64,000 bases of DNA, from the NCBI RefSeq assembly GCF_006345805.1, contig NC_043012.1:44454001-44518000 (forward strand). The letters run 5' to 3'. The notes under the pieces were generated by a model. That model made no database searches. It was not told where the DNA came from and saw only the letters and a list, made by a program, of their open reading frames with translations. The DNA comes from Octopus sinensis. Lineage: Eukaryota. The translations under genes and the position numbers were made by a program. Positions 52,753 through 64,000 of this stretch are shown in pieces. Position 1 is the stretch's first letter; every line of letters begins with the position of its first letter.

Positions 52753-53991
52753 ATATATATATATACATATAAAAAAATATACAAATATACATACATATAC
52801 ATACATAGGCAAATTGTACATACTATTCACATGCGCAAAATACATAAAGAACAACATTGAACAATATATTACATTACATTGGGTATATCATGCGTCATAT
52901 AGTCAATTAAATGCATTCTAATGTATATAGACTACCACGTTTAACAGTACCAACAGTATTATTGTCTTAACGATAATTCTAAACAGATTATACGTACTAT
53001 ATTCATGTTTACTAACCTAACAAAAATTCATGATACAAAGTACGAAATATAAATATTCACACATACACACATATGTATATATATGCACAAACAAAATATT
53101 TTTGTATGAGTATATTAATCAGACAAACATAATCTAGATATTACTTAATGCATCCACGTAACACAAACAAAATTAATTTTAGAATCCAGAATATTCAATC
53201 CAAACTATATGTCTAAGCTGGGTTAGGTGCACAAAATATAAGTCTCTGTTATATTGGATTTCACAATGTTTACATTTCTGTTATATGGATATTAAAATTA
53301 ATACATCCACGTATTCTAACAAATTCAATTTTAAAAACCAGAGTAGCAAAGCTGAATTTAGTCCAAAGGTTTGTGTTTATGTTTATGCATATAAAATATT
53401 TAAGGATATTTAAAATTATATTGGGGGTTGGGGAGCGGTCATTTAAATCATTGGCTATTTAACTTATGCATAATTAATATTTAAGGGAGCGGTCGCTTTA
53501 ATTCATGATCTATTTCCAATTGGCTAATTCGTTTAAACGCATCCGTTAGGGCTGTTTTAAAACAAAATGGGGTCAGAATATAAGTTAGATAGATCATAAT
53601 AGTTTATCTAAACTAAATAAATTGTTAAATAAAAGTCCATTCATTTATATGTTAAAACTTGGATAGGTATTTACAAAAAACAGACAACTATATCTTCGAT
53701 CGTATTTATACCTAAGAAGTGATTTATACTCACCTATAAAGTTACGCATAGGCAATATAAGTTGAATTGACTCTTGACCATAGGCTGAAACAGCTGTAAG
53801 GAGTAGTTCATGAATTTCAATAATTTATAATATGACTATTAAAATATGTATTTGTATTATCTTTATTATTATATTACATATTGATTTATATAATGTTTTG
53901 TTTGATTTTGATGTTCCCATTTGTATAATTAATAAATAATGTAAAATTGTAATATCCGTAAGTTGATGAACGAGATGAACTTTCTTATTTG
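52085..53991 (-). mobile_element. Non-coding HHR-bearing element with an inverted partial pLTR
   Basis: 52257-52512 is the reverse complement of 53748-53991; no ORF recognised; flanked by TA-rich tracts. Confidence 0.65.
52458..52589 (-). ncRNA. Type I hammerhead ribozyme with an 85-nt stem II loop
   Basis: TCCT-CTGACGA-GGCCTATGGT-(85 nt)-ACCATAGGCT-GAAA-CAGCTGT-A-AGGA; palindromic stem III ACAGCTGT, GUA site. Confidence 0.75.
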
Positions 53992-54149
53992 TATTAATTA
54001 TTTATATAGACATATATAATTATATGATATATATATATGTCATCAAATATATATAATTATACATATATATATATAATTATATATATAAATATATATATAT
54101 GTATGTGTTAATATATATAATTATATGTATATAAGATTTTATATATATA

Positions 54150-54485
54150 TATAAATAACAAGATGTAGGACAAGATACTGTGATAGCCTGGGCTTCCGAG
54201 GCCCACAGCTCTTCAATATCCTCCCGAAGAACCTAAGAGACCTGCATGGGGTGGATACAGATATCTTTAAAATGAAACTGGATCTCTTCTTGTCAGGTAT
54301 CCCAGATGAACCAACTTCATGGCAGGAGGTGCAGATGAGGGCAGCTGCATCGAACTCTCTCATGCACTAAATGGCAGTTGCTAAAAAGCATTCGTGAAGT
54401 AAAACCATATAGCAACACCAAATGGCGGTGCCCAGCATGGCCACAGCTCGTGAGCTGAAACTAGAATCAATCAATCAATCAATCA
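54150..54485 (+). mobile_element. 3' end of a CR1-group LINE
   Basis: TRYCDSLGFRGPQLFNILPKNLRDLHGVD, homologous to ORF 45548-45775; tail GGCGGTGCCCAGCATGGCCACAGC..GCTGAAAC and (ATCA)n. Confidence 0.8.
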
Positions 54486-54589
54486 TATACATATATATAT
54501 ATATAAAATTCTAATAAGTAGGAAGGTGAACAAATCACACACCCCTTCAGGTTGATGACCCTGCTCGATCAGTAGAAAAGGTGTAGGTA

Positions 54590-54830
54590 GAAACTTCATA
54601 AAAGGTTTTTTTCATAAAAAAAAAAAGACAAAGACAGGTGGTATAGACAACAAACAGATGTATTAGTAAAATGCTTGGGAAGTGAAAAGGTCTTTAATGT
54701 TTCGAGCCTACGCTCTTCTACAGAAAGGAACACAGAAAGAAACAAGGAGAGAAAATAAAGAATGTGTAGTGGCTAGCGATCTATCATGGCGAATGCCGGA
54801 CAGAAAAATCATACAGGAGAGCTAGGGAGA
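54590..54830 (-). mobile_element. pLTR-like fragment with a variant-core HHR (54692-54727)
   Basis: CTTT-CTGTAGA-A-GAGC-gtag-GCTC-GAAAC-AT-T-AAAG; homologous to 32585-32790. Confidence 0.6.
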
Positions 54831-55112
54831 AGGGGATATAATAAAGTAGTGGTGATCCCAAAACGAAGGTGTGAGTGTGTGTGTGTGTATAAGAGAGTTT
54901 GTATATGCGAGTGGAAGAGGGCTGGTGATCTTGATGTGTGCATGTGTGCATGTGTAGGTGTGAAAATGTGGGTCTGGGAAGTTGTCAGTGCTGGTGTGTG
55001 TGTGGTGGTGTGTTGTGTGGTGTGGTATGGTGGTGTATGGTGTAGTGGTGTGTAGTGTGGTGTAATGGTGTTGGGAAGTAAGGAGGCGAGAGTGGGGAAA
55101 GCAAGGGTACAT

Positions 55113-55147
<35 letters not shown>

Positions 55148-55172
55148 TATATACATGCATATATACATATAC

Positions 55173-55211
<39 letters not shown>

Positions 55212-55261
55212 CATACATATATATATATATACATACATACATACATATATAATACATATAT

Positions 55262-55293
<32 letters not shown>

Positions 55294-55307
55294 ATTATAT
55301 ATATATA

Positions 55308-55632
55308 TGGCTCAGTGGTTAGAGCGTCGAGCTTACGATCGTGAGGTTGTGAGCTCGAATCCCGGACCGGGCTGCGTGTTGTGTTCTCGAGCAAGGCACT
55401 TTATTTCACGTTGCTCCAGTTCACTCAGCTGTAGAAATGAGTTGCGACGTCACTGGTGGCAAGCTGTATCGACCTTTGTCTTTCCCTTGGATAACACTGG
55501 TGGCGTGGAGAGGGGAGGCCGGTATGCATGGGCGACTGCTGGCCTTCCATAAACAACCTTGCCCGGACTTGTATCTAGGAAGGTAACTTTCTAGGTGCAA
55601 TCCCATGGTCATTCATGACCGAAGCGGGTCTT
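55308..55632 (+). mobile_element. tRNA-derived SINE family D
   Basis: TGGCTCAGTGG A box and GCTCGAATCC B box, followed by an unrelated body; sits in (TA)n. Confidence 0.7.
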
Positions 55633-55642
55633 TTATATATAC

Positions 55643-55673
<31 letters not shown>

Positions 55674-55689
55674 ATATATACATATATAT

Positions 55690-56312
55690 GTGAAGACCTG
55701 TTGAGGCAAGTGAAAATCAAATCAAATCAAAACAAATCAAAATAGATGAACATAAATGGAATTTGTATCTTTGTGGTACCAGTGCCGGTGGCACACAAGA
55801 AAATCATCCGAACGTGGCCGTAGCCAGTACCGCATAGACTGGCCTCCGTGCTTTGGGGACGTAACAAACACCATCCGATCGTGGCCGTCCGCCAGCCTCA
55901 TCTGGCACCTGTGTCGGTGGCACATAAAAAAACACCATCCGAGCGTGGCCGTCTGCCAGCCTCGTCTGGCACCTGCCAGCCTCATCTGGCACCTGTGTCG
56001 GTGGCACATAAAAAACCCATCCGAGCGGGCCATCTGCCAGCCTCGTCTGGCACCTGTGTCGGTGGCACATAAAAACACCATCCGAGCGTGGCCGTTCGCC
56101 AGCCTCGTCTGGCACCTGTGTCGGTGGCACATAAAATCACCCACTACACTCTCGGAGTGGTTGGCGTTAGGAAGGGCATCCAGCTGTAGAAACACTGCCA
56201 GATCTGACTGGCCTGGTGCAGCCTTCGGGCTCCCCAGACCCCAGTTGAACCGTCCAACCCATGCTAGCATGGAAAACGGACGCTAAATGATGATGATGAT
56301 GATGATGATGAT
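55690..56312 (+). mobile_element. RTE 3' UTR with about four tandem 61-82-bp repeats
   Basis: Unit CATCCGAGCGTGGCCGT..GCCAGCCTC.TCTGGCACCTGTGTCGGTGGCACATAAAA; ends in (ATG)n. Confidence 0.75.
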
Positions 56313-56904
56313 GATATATATATATATACATACATACATACATATATACATACATATATATATACACATATATATATATATATATGTACATATAATTATA
56401 TATAGATATGTGTGTGTTTGTATATGTATATATGCACACTCATACAAACACACAGACACTTTCATACATACACAGATTCACACATACCTCCAGTTTTCAT
56501 CCTCATTAACTATCCAAGTAGTTTATAAACTAAACAATTCGGAAAGAAAACAAAATGAGAAGAAAGATACCAGATTCTACTTTGCAAGTTTTAAATGATA
56601 AAAACAATTGTACTATTAATAAGAAAACAGTCTATGCAACAGGTTAGCTGTGCGACATATCACTGCAGTAGAACTGAATATTTCAAGTGGTCAGTTTACT
56701 GCATTGCTACAGTAAGCTAACCAGATGATTTAGTCAGTTTGTATTTGCTAATATCTTCTGTAAGTGACTGGGTTGGATCAATCGATTTGCAATTTATATA
56801 TCTGATAAACCATGTTCATGCTACAGCAACCTGTATGTGCATGTGTATACATATATATATATATAATATGTGTGTGCATGTCTGTATATATATATATGTG
56901 TGTG

Positions 56905-56944
<40 letters not shown>

Positions 56945-56964
56945 CACACATATACTGTACATAC

Positions 56965-57372
56965 TCTTTTACTCTTTACTCTTTTACTTGTTTCAGTCAT
57001 TTGACTGCGGCCATGCTGGAGCATCGCCTTTAGTCAAGCAAATCGACCCCGGGACTTATTCTTTGTAAGCCCAGTACTTATTTTATCAGTCTCTTTTGCC
57101 GAACCACTAAGTGACGGGGACATAAACACACCAGCATCGGTTGTCAAGCAATGCTAGGGGGACAAACACAGACACACAAACATATACACACACACTTATA
57201 TATATATATACATATATACGACAGGCTTCTTTCAGTTTCCGTCTACCAAATCCACTCACAAGGCATTGGTCGGCCCGGGACTATAGCAGAAGACACTTGC
57301 CCAAGATGCCACGCAGTGGGACTGAACCCGGAACCATGTGGTTGGTTAGCAAGCTACACAGCCACTCCTGCG
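56965..57372 (-). mobile_element. SINE family A, well preserved
   Basis: Full reverse-complement match to family A. Confidence 0.8.
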
Positions 57373-57374
57373 CC

Positions 57375-57415
<41 letters not shown>

Positions 57416-57434
57416 TATATATATATAATGTATA

Positions 57435-57800
57435 TATAGCCCCAAGAGATCTTCGTCTCAAGCTGGCTTTAGACACAATATCTGTGCCCTTGGAGTATTT
57501 GCAAAGGAGCCTTCTCTTTCATCGCTGCCTGGTGGTTACCGCCCGTTGATGAGGGACAACAATCCTGAAACTAGTTCGAGCGTATCACTCAGGCTTGCGA
57601 GGAAGGGATGGCCTCCCTTTGCAAATACTCCAAGGACACAGATATTGTGTCTAAAGCTAGCTAGAGACGAAGATCTCTTGGGGCTATAAAGCTACAGTAA
57701 CACCCCATCCCCAATGTGGTTAGCCATGATAAGATGGCTTCTTTACTTTACATTATCGAGCGATTACTGTTTCAATCTCATTCTGAGATTTAATTATGCT
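57435..57800 (+). mobile_element. Short fold-back pLTR-like element with an HHR (57540-57582), in (TA)n
   Basis: 57435-57509 is inverted at 57613-57688; CGCCCG-TTGATGA-GGGA-caacaa-TCCT-GAAA-CTAGT-T-CGAGCG. Confidence 0.65.
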
Positions 57801-57867
57801 ATATATATATATATAGCCACTCCTACATATATATATATATGCCACTCCTACATATATATATATATAT

Positions 57868-58255
57868 GGAATGGAAGCACTCCGTCGGTTCCGACGACGA
57901 GGGTTCCGGTTGATCCGATCAACGGAACAGCCTGCTCGTGAAATTAACGTGTAAGTGGCTGAGCACTCCACAGACACGTGCACCCTTAACGTAGTTCTCG
58001 GGGATATTCAGCGTGACACAGAGAGTGACAAGGCCGGCCCTTTGAAATACAGGTACAACGGAAACAGGAAGTAAGAGTGAGAGAAAGTTGTGGTGAAAGA
58101 GTACAGCAGGGATCACCACCATCCCCTGCCGGAGCCTCGTGGAGCTTTTAGGTGTTTTCGCTCAATAAACACTCACAACGCCCGGTCTGGGAATCGAAAC
58201 CACGATCCTATGACCGCGAGTCCGCTGCCCTAACCACTGGGCCATTGCGCCTCCA
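57868..58255 (-). mobile_element. tRNA-derived SINE family C, well preserved
   Basis: GGAGGCGCAATGGCCCAGTGGTTAGGGCAGCGGAC..GGTTTCGATTCCC head. Confidence 0.8.
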
Positions 58256-60475
58256 CATATATATATATATATATATATAGTGTGTGTGTGTGTGTGTATT
58301 TACATATTGTTTTTTCTTGTTTATGGACGGTTGCTATTATCTTTCTCTTATAAAACTTTAAAGAATTATTAGTATATGCTTCCCCAACCCCACCTTATCC
58401 CTATATATATAGTTTAGGGAGCTGTATAAACTGCCTACAAGCCTAGAGTTTTGTGCAAAATTTTAAGGTCCTTGAGTGACTATGTAATTTTCTTTATGCA
58501 CTTGATGTTTTTCCTGGCTAACACAAGGTGGGTTTTTTTTTTTTTGTAAGGGAAATATATAGAATGTCGAGTTAATTGTAACATATTACAAGCACTCCTA
58601 TTATTCACTCAGAGTGGAATTCACAATGCTGTATATAACAGCTATGTGAAACTAGTATTCACTGTTGTCAGTTCCTAACATATTTGATGAATTTTCTCTT
58701 TGTCTTTTTGTATATGCTGAGCTGAAATAATCTGATGGGCCTAAAAAAGAGCCCTCTTTTCACAAAATAATGCACTTGAGTAAATCTTTTCCTGAATTAC
58801 TTCACAAAGGTTGAATTCTGTATGAATCCTTCATCAGTTTAATGTGCTAAAGTACATTAACTGTACAGATAAACATAGTTCTGTAGAAATTAATCTTCAT
58901 AAACCAAATTCTAAAGAAATATTAAGCACACATACTTTGATACACATTATTTTAGTCTGCACTCAAACTTATGCATGCACACACACACACATACACGTGC
59001 GCGTGTGCGTATATACAAATACATAAACTCCAGAACAGTAATGTAATATCAACTTATATATCAAAGACAAACATGATTTCCTTCACAGCAAAGCAATCTT
59101 ATTATGCAACCCACATAAACACACACACACACACACATGCACACACACACACAGATACACACACGCACGCACACACACAGATTCCTTTGTAGTGGAGTCA
59201 AATCATTTTACTTTGAATTAATTCTGTTATAAACACACACACAAACAAACACACACATGCACATGCATACACACAATTTCCTTTGCTGTGAAGGAATCTG
59301 ACTACACAACATACACATGCATAATTATATACACATACACATCTCACTTACATATACACATAGAACTTTCCTCGTTATCCAGTTCTACATACACACATAG
59401 GAAAGAAGCAGTCATTCTGTCCCTCTCTCTCTCTCTCTCTTTTCATCTGCCACACAGACAGACTAACCTTCACCATAACAGGGTTGCAATCCTATTAACC
59501 TTCATACATACAAGGAAAGCAAGCATGATTCCAAACATGCACGGCAAAGAAAACAAACTTATTCCATTCATACAAAAGAAGAAACCATACTCTAGGAAGC
59601 AAAACCTCAGTCTCACTTCAACTCTTACTCCCTGCAAAATCTATTCCCATATACTTCTGCTATGATCATAAATGCCACTTGTTCCCCAAATCTCTAAATG
59701 TTTTACTGTACGTGCATATAATTTAATAATGATTACATTACATTATGAAAAGACAAGGCATTCAGAGTCTTACTCAGGGGCTAAAAATCAATTTTGAGTT
59801 CAAATCCCTCTAGAGTTGACCCTTTGACTTACTACCCAATAAAAATAACAATAATATAAATAACAAACAGCTTAACTCATTGTTATTTATTTTATAGACC
59901 CTAAAAGATAATGATCTAAATTTTTTTTTAAAAACGGATGTAGCTAACACAAGGCATTAAATATAATACCAAACAACAACAACAATGGCAACTATGAGTA
60001 ATATATTCTTTAAAACAAACTGCATTTAAATATTGTCATTTGTGTTGTTACTGGAGATGATGACTGATATTTAACAAACCTTGATCCTGGCTATTGTCAC
60101 CATCAGACTTTTACTGCTCTCAGATTCAGTTAAATATCACAGAACTAATAATAGCAGTTAGATGACTTGCCATAGAAACAGATCTCAGGAATTATGCATT
60201 AGACAAGAGGTCAAATACAGAGAAATGTCATTAAAAAAAAAAAATGAACAATATATAAATCAGCTTTGTAAGTTAACCAAGTTAACTATTATTAACCAAA
60301 TATTTTATGACTCTTTAATTCTTACCAGTTTCTCCATCATTCAGCAATGTGTGTGTATGTATGCAAGTTCTTTACTTTGTACCTTGTTTCAACTATCACA
60401 GCCAAGGCCATGCCAAAATGCTGTTATATTTACACACACACACCACACATACACACACACACACACATACACACA

Positions 60476-60513
<38 letters not shown>

Positions 60514-60873
60514 TGTATGAATAAAGAAAGAACACAAATAGGTATAAAGTTCACTACAGCTGTTTCAGACGCGTTTTCTACTGATGAATAAACTGGTTAT
60601 ATCAAGAAAAAAATGTTTCCTTCAGGTAAATAAAAAATGTAACATTTTTAAATTTGGAACATATACTTGTATATTTATATGGGTGTGTATTTATGTTCAC
60701 ATTCATCTATATATAAGTGTTGAGACATGTCTGTTTATGCATTGGTACATGTGTGTGTCTGTATACAGTATATACACAACAGTGCTAATTTCAACCCTAA
60801 ATAAGTATCCTTGTTTTTAAAATACCTTGAATCAAATGAATCCTACAACTATATATATATACATATATATATA

Positions 60874-60992
60874 TACATTGAGTGTACTTTTTTTCGGATT
60901 TATGGATTTATGACAACTGATTATATATAAATATATATATATATAATCAGTTATCATAAATCCATAAATCCTAAAAAAGTACACTCAATGTA
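60874..60992. repeat. About 50-bp inverted repeat around a (TA)n loop
   Basis: TACATTGAGTGTACTTTTT..GGATTTATGGATTTATGA.AACTGAT and its complement. Confidence 0.75.
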
Positions 60993-61259
60993 AGTAATAG
61001 ATCAATTATATTTGTATGTACTGTTGGGCAATACGTTATTGGGTGTAGTATATAACTGGTTAGAATGCTACTGTTGGTTTCACGTCAACTATTTCACCTC
61101 GGCGTATAAGCTATGAATAAGTGTTGCTTGACTGACTCAGCAAAATTGATGATTAATCTGCTGAGTATCATGATTCTCTTTATGGCACAATGCAAATGTA
61201 ATAGTTTCATAGTTTAAGACAAACCAGGGTAGAGGCAAAACAAGGTTCACCCAATTCAG

Positions 61260-61730
61260 TATAATAACTTTCATCTATATCAGAAATAGCTGTTAAATAG
61301 GACATTTATTTTCACTAAAAGGTTTACTGAAATTAGTGATGGGGATATAGAAGCAATAATGCATGCCAGAGAAACCCTGCTATTAGATAAAGGTCAGCTT
61401 GGGTGCGACAAACAGACCCAGAAGGCTCCTTAGACATGGAAATGAGAGCATTTGACAGTAAAGATATGTGCAAACAAATAGGCCTCTTTATACTAGACAC
61501 CGCAGGTAGGAAATTATCTTCAACCCACTTTGGCCTTTATATAGACAATGCTTTAGTCATCTCTAGATGTAAGAATAGACAAACTCTGGATGGGCAGAAT
61601 GAAGACCTGATCCATACTTTTAGCTCCCTAGGATTCAAGGTTATTACGGAAATCAAATCTAATCTAGAATAACGCTCAATTTAGGTACAGGTTCATAGAT
61701 GCCTACCACAAACCAAATGAAAAGCTTTCA
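61260..61730 (+). pseudogene. Decayed PLE reverse-transcriptase core
   Basis: IEAIMHARETLL; DMEMRAFDSKDMCKQIGLFIL; GLYIDNAL (decayed motif C, GLYRDDGL-like); ITLNLGTG..PYHKPN, overlapping the start of the 51.9-kb ORF in homology. Confidence 0.7.
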
Positions 61731-62100
61731 TTTGGTCATGCTGGGGCACCACCTCAAAGAGTTTAGTCTAACAATTTGACCCCTGTATTCTGCAACCCCT
61801 TTCTTTTTAAAGCCTGAGTCTTAGTCTATCATTTTTGCCAAACCAGTAAATTATGAAGATGAAAACAAACTAACACCGGTTGTCAAGTGGTAGTTGGAGA
61901 TGAATACAAAGACACACACACACACAGAAATATACATATATATACGATGGCTTTCTTTCAGTCTCTGTCTACCAAATCCACCGACAAGGCTTCGGGTTGC
62001 CCAGGACTATCATAGAAGACACTTGCTCAAGGTGCTATGCAGAAGGCCTGATCCCAGAACCATGTGGTTGAGAACAAGCATCTTACCACTCAGCTGTACC
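61730..62100 (-). mobile_element. SINE family A, decayed
   Basis: Head and tail motifs on the minus strand. Confidence 0.6.
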
Positions 62101-62239
62101 TGTATGTTCATGTATGAGAAAGCAGCCCTTGCATGTGGCAGATGCATAGGAGCAATAAACACACAGGAAACAGATTCTCATAAATGCTTGGAAATATTCC
62201 TAAAAATAGTTGATAGTTTCTGTTTTCAAGGTGATCAAA

Positions 62240-62770
62240 TTAGTAGTAGAGGAGGATCTTCTGATGGTGCAGAAGCTAGAGCAAAAACAGCAAGAATAAG
62301 AATAGTTCTGGGAGCTGTTAATTCTGTAGGGAATGTAAGGTTTCTATCTCAGAGTGTAGGTGAAAGCAAACTATATGATGCTTGTATATAAACTACAATG
62401 GTAATTGTTGGCACTGAGTGTAGATGATCTGAAAAAACTAAAAAGGAATGAAGCAAACCTGCTTTGCTGGTTGTGCATGAATGATGGAGAACAGATGTGT
62501 TGAGAGAAAAACTGAGCATAAGAGGAATCAGAGGTAGTTTGCAAGAGAGAAGATTGCATGTGATGTGTGTGGATGAGGATAACTGTATAAAGAAATGTCA
62601 TCTGCTTACAATTGTTGGAATTTGTGGAAGGAGTCCCACAAAGACTCATGATGAAGTAGGAAGACTGATCTTAGGTTTGAGCCTTAGAGAGGAGATGACA
62701 AAGGATTAATAGAGGCATGCAGTACTCTAGAAGATTCCATACCTATGAAAGCATGATGAAACTGATGTTA
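62240..62770 (+). mobile_element. Decayed RTE LINE 3' portion
   Basis: KLYDAC..LREKLSIRGIRGSLQERRL..DEDNCIKKCHLLTIVGICGR..KTHDE..EEMTKD. Confidence 0.7.
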
Positions 62771-63599
62771 AAATGAAACTAACTCTACAGAAGAACTACC
62801 TCATGGAAGTGGACACATAGTATATTTGCTAGAGGTTTGAAGCTAGCTAAACTGAAGAGGTAATAGATGGAGATGGGGTCTGGAATCATAATGTGTATTC
62901 ACATATCTGGGTCCTTTGCCAAATATGTCAATCAAATCCACATCTGTAACCTTCTCTCTTATCCAACAACCACTCATTAGTCAATCACTCTTCTATCTAC
63001 TGATGCAATTAATGATAGCACAAATCATTACTAAATATATCACCCCCCTTTCTTTTCAGCTCGTCATCACTCCTGAGTCACTTCCTCCAAACATCCATTC
63101 TTTGTTTTAACGATTACCCCTGACATTGCTCAGCATTGATTACCTTCACCCCCAATCTATCTATGACCATCCCTATTTCTATCCATCAATCACTTCTTTT
63201 CCACTTCCTATCCTTCTGATATTATGTTCACTCTTATTTACTCACTTAGTACTTGGACATGTTACTTTGAAGTTAAGCTCTGGCTCTTCAGCTCCATTAT
63301 CTTTGTCTCTCTTGAGCACTAATCCATCTTCCCCCACTTACTCATATAACACAGAGGGTGTCTTAAATTTCCCACCCAAACTACCCGATTTTCCTCCCCA
63401 AACCACCCCATTTTCCTCCTTAACATGCTCTGACTAACTTTCTTTCCTGTCTACTACACCTTTCCTCCACAATATTAGTTTCTCCTCTAACATCTTTTGC
63501 CAAAAATAAACCTGCTCTTCCCATCACACTTTGACCTCGCCACATCCTGCCTAAAATCATCACCCTTTCTCCTAATTCTTCCTCTCTAACATGGGTATT

Positions 63600-64000
63600 C
63601 TTTAGTTTATCGAATTACAAAGTGATCTCACCAGTGTTGGTGCCTCAAAGAGAGCGCCTAGTACACTCAATAAAGTGGTTGACATTAGGAAGAACTCCCA
63701 ACCATAGAAGCCATGCCAAAATTGAGACACTGGAACAAGATGGCATCTTTCAACTTGATGGATTCTGTTGAACTGTCATCCACCCCTTGCCGGATTGGAA
63801 AGTGGACTTAAAATAACAAGATCCTAAAACAAGGTGCCACATAAAAAGCATTGGTGTGGGTGCTGGTTCCACATAAAAAAGCACCCAGTACACTCTGTAA
63901 AGTGGTTGGAATTAGGAAGGGCAACAGGCTGTAGAAAACAAGCGAAAACAGACAATGGATCTAGGTCCGACACCTGGCGTCTTGCCAGTTTCTGTCAACC
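63600..64000 (+). mobile_element. RTE 3'-UTR-derived fragments
   Basis: 63830-63900 is nearly identical to 4755-4830 (AAGGTGCCACATAAAAAGCATTGGTGTGGGTG); TAGGAAGGGC..GCTGTAGAAA. Confidence 0.6.

Noticed and set aside
55860-56140. CRISPR-like repeat array
   Set aside because: Eukaryotic context, no unique spacers; it is a minisatellite in an RTE UTR.

Overview
AT-rich, microsatellite-saturated eukaryotic DNA. The SINE/LINE repertoire looks like an octopus (coleoid cephalopod) genome, but that is recognition from memory and was not searched. One host gene is supported: a + strand tetratricopeptide-repeat (TPR) protein with a small exon (2547-2785) that can splice in phase to a 3.35-kb terminal coding exon (5962-9315). 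The rest is retroelement debris: tRNA-derived SINEs, RTE and CR1-type LINE fragments, and at least six remnants of Penelope-like elements (PLEs) with RT or GIY-YIG coding sequence. About a dozen hammerhead-ribozyme (HHR)-like motifs from several unrelated sequence families are present. Most sit in short pseudo-LTR-like elements inserted in (TA)n tracts, and several of those have a fold-back (inverted) 5' arm. The most unusual object is a short element made of a tRNA-derived Pol III head, an (AAT)n linker and an HHR tail. It is a head-to-head palindromic dimer at 755-1226, and the same junction recurs at 45271-45292. It is a candidate PLE-mobilised, ribozyme-bearing SINE. Two near-identical tandem duplications (about 3.07 kb and 1.64 kb) have breakpoints in (TA)n and may be assembly artefacts. 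Nearly all short ORFs in the supplied track are microsatellite noise. All folding and alignment was done by eye, and repeat boundaries are approximate.
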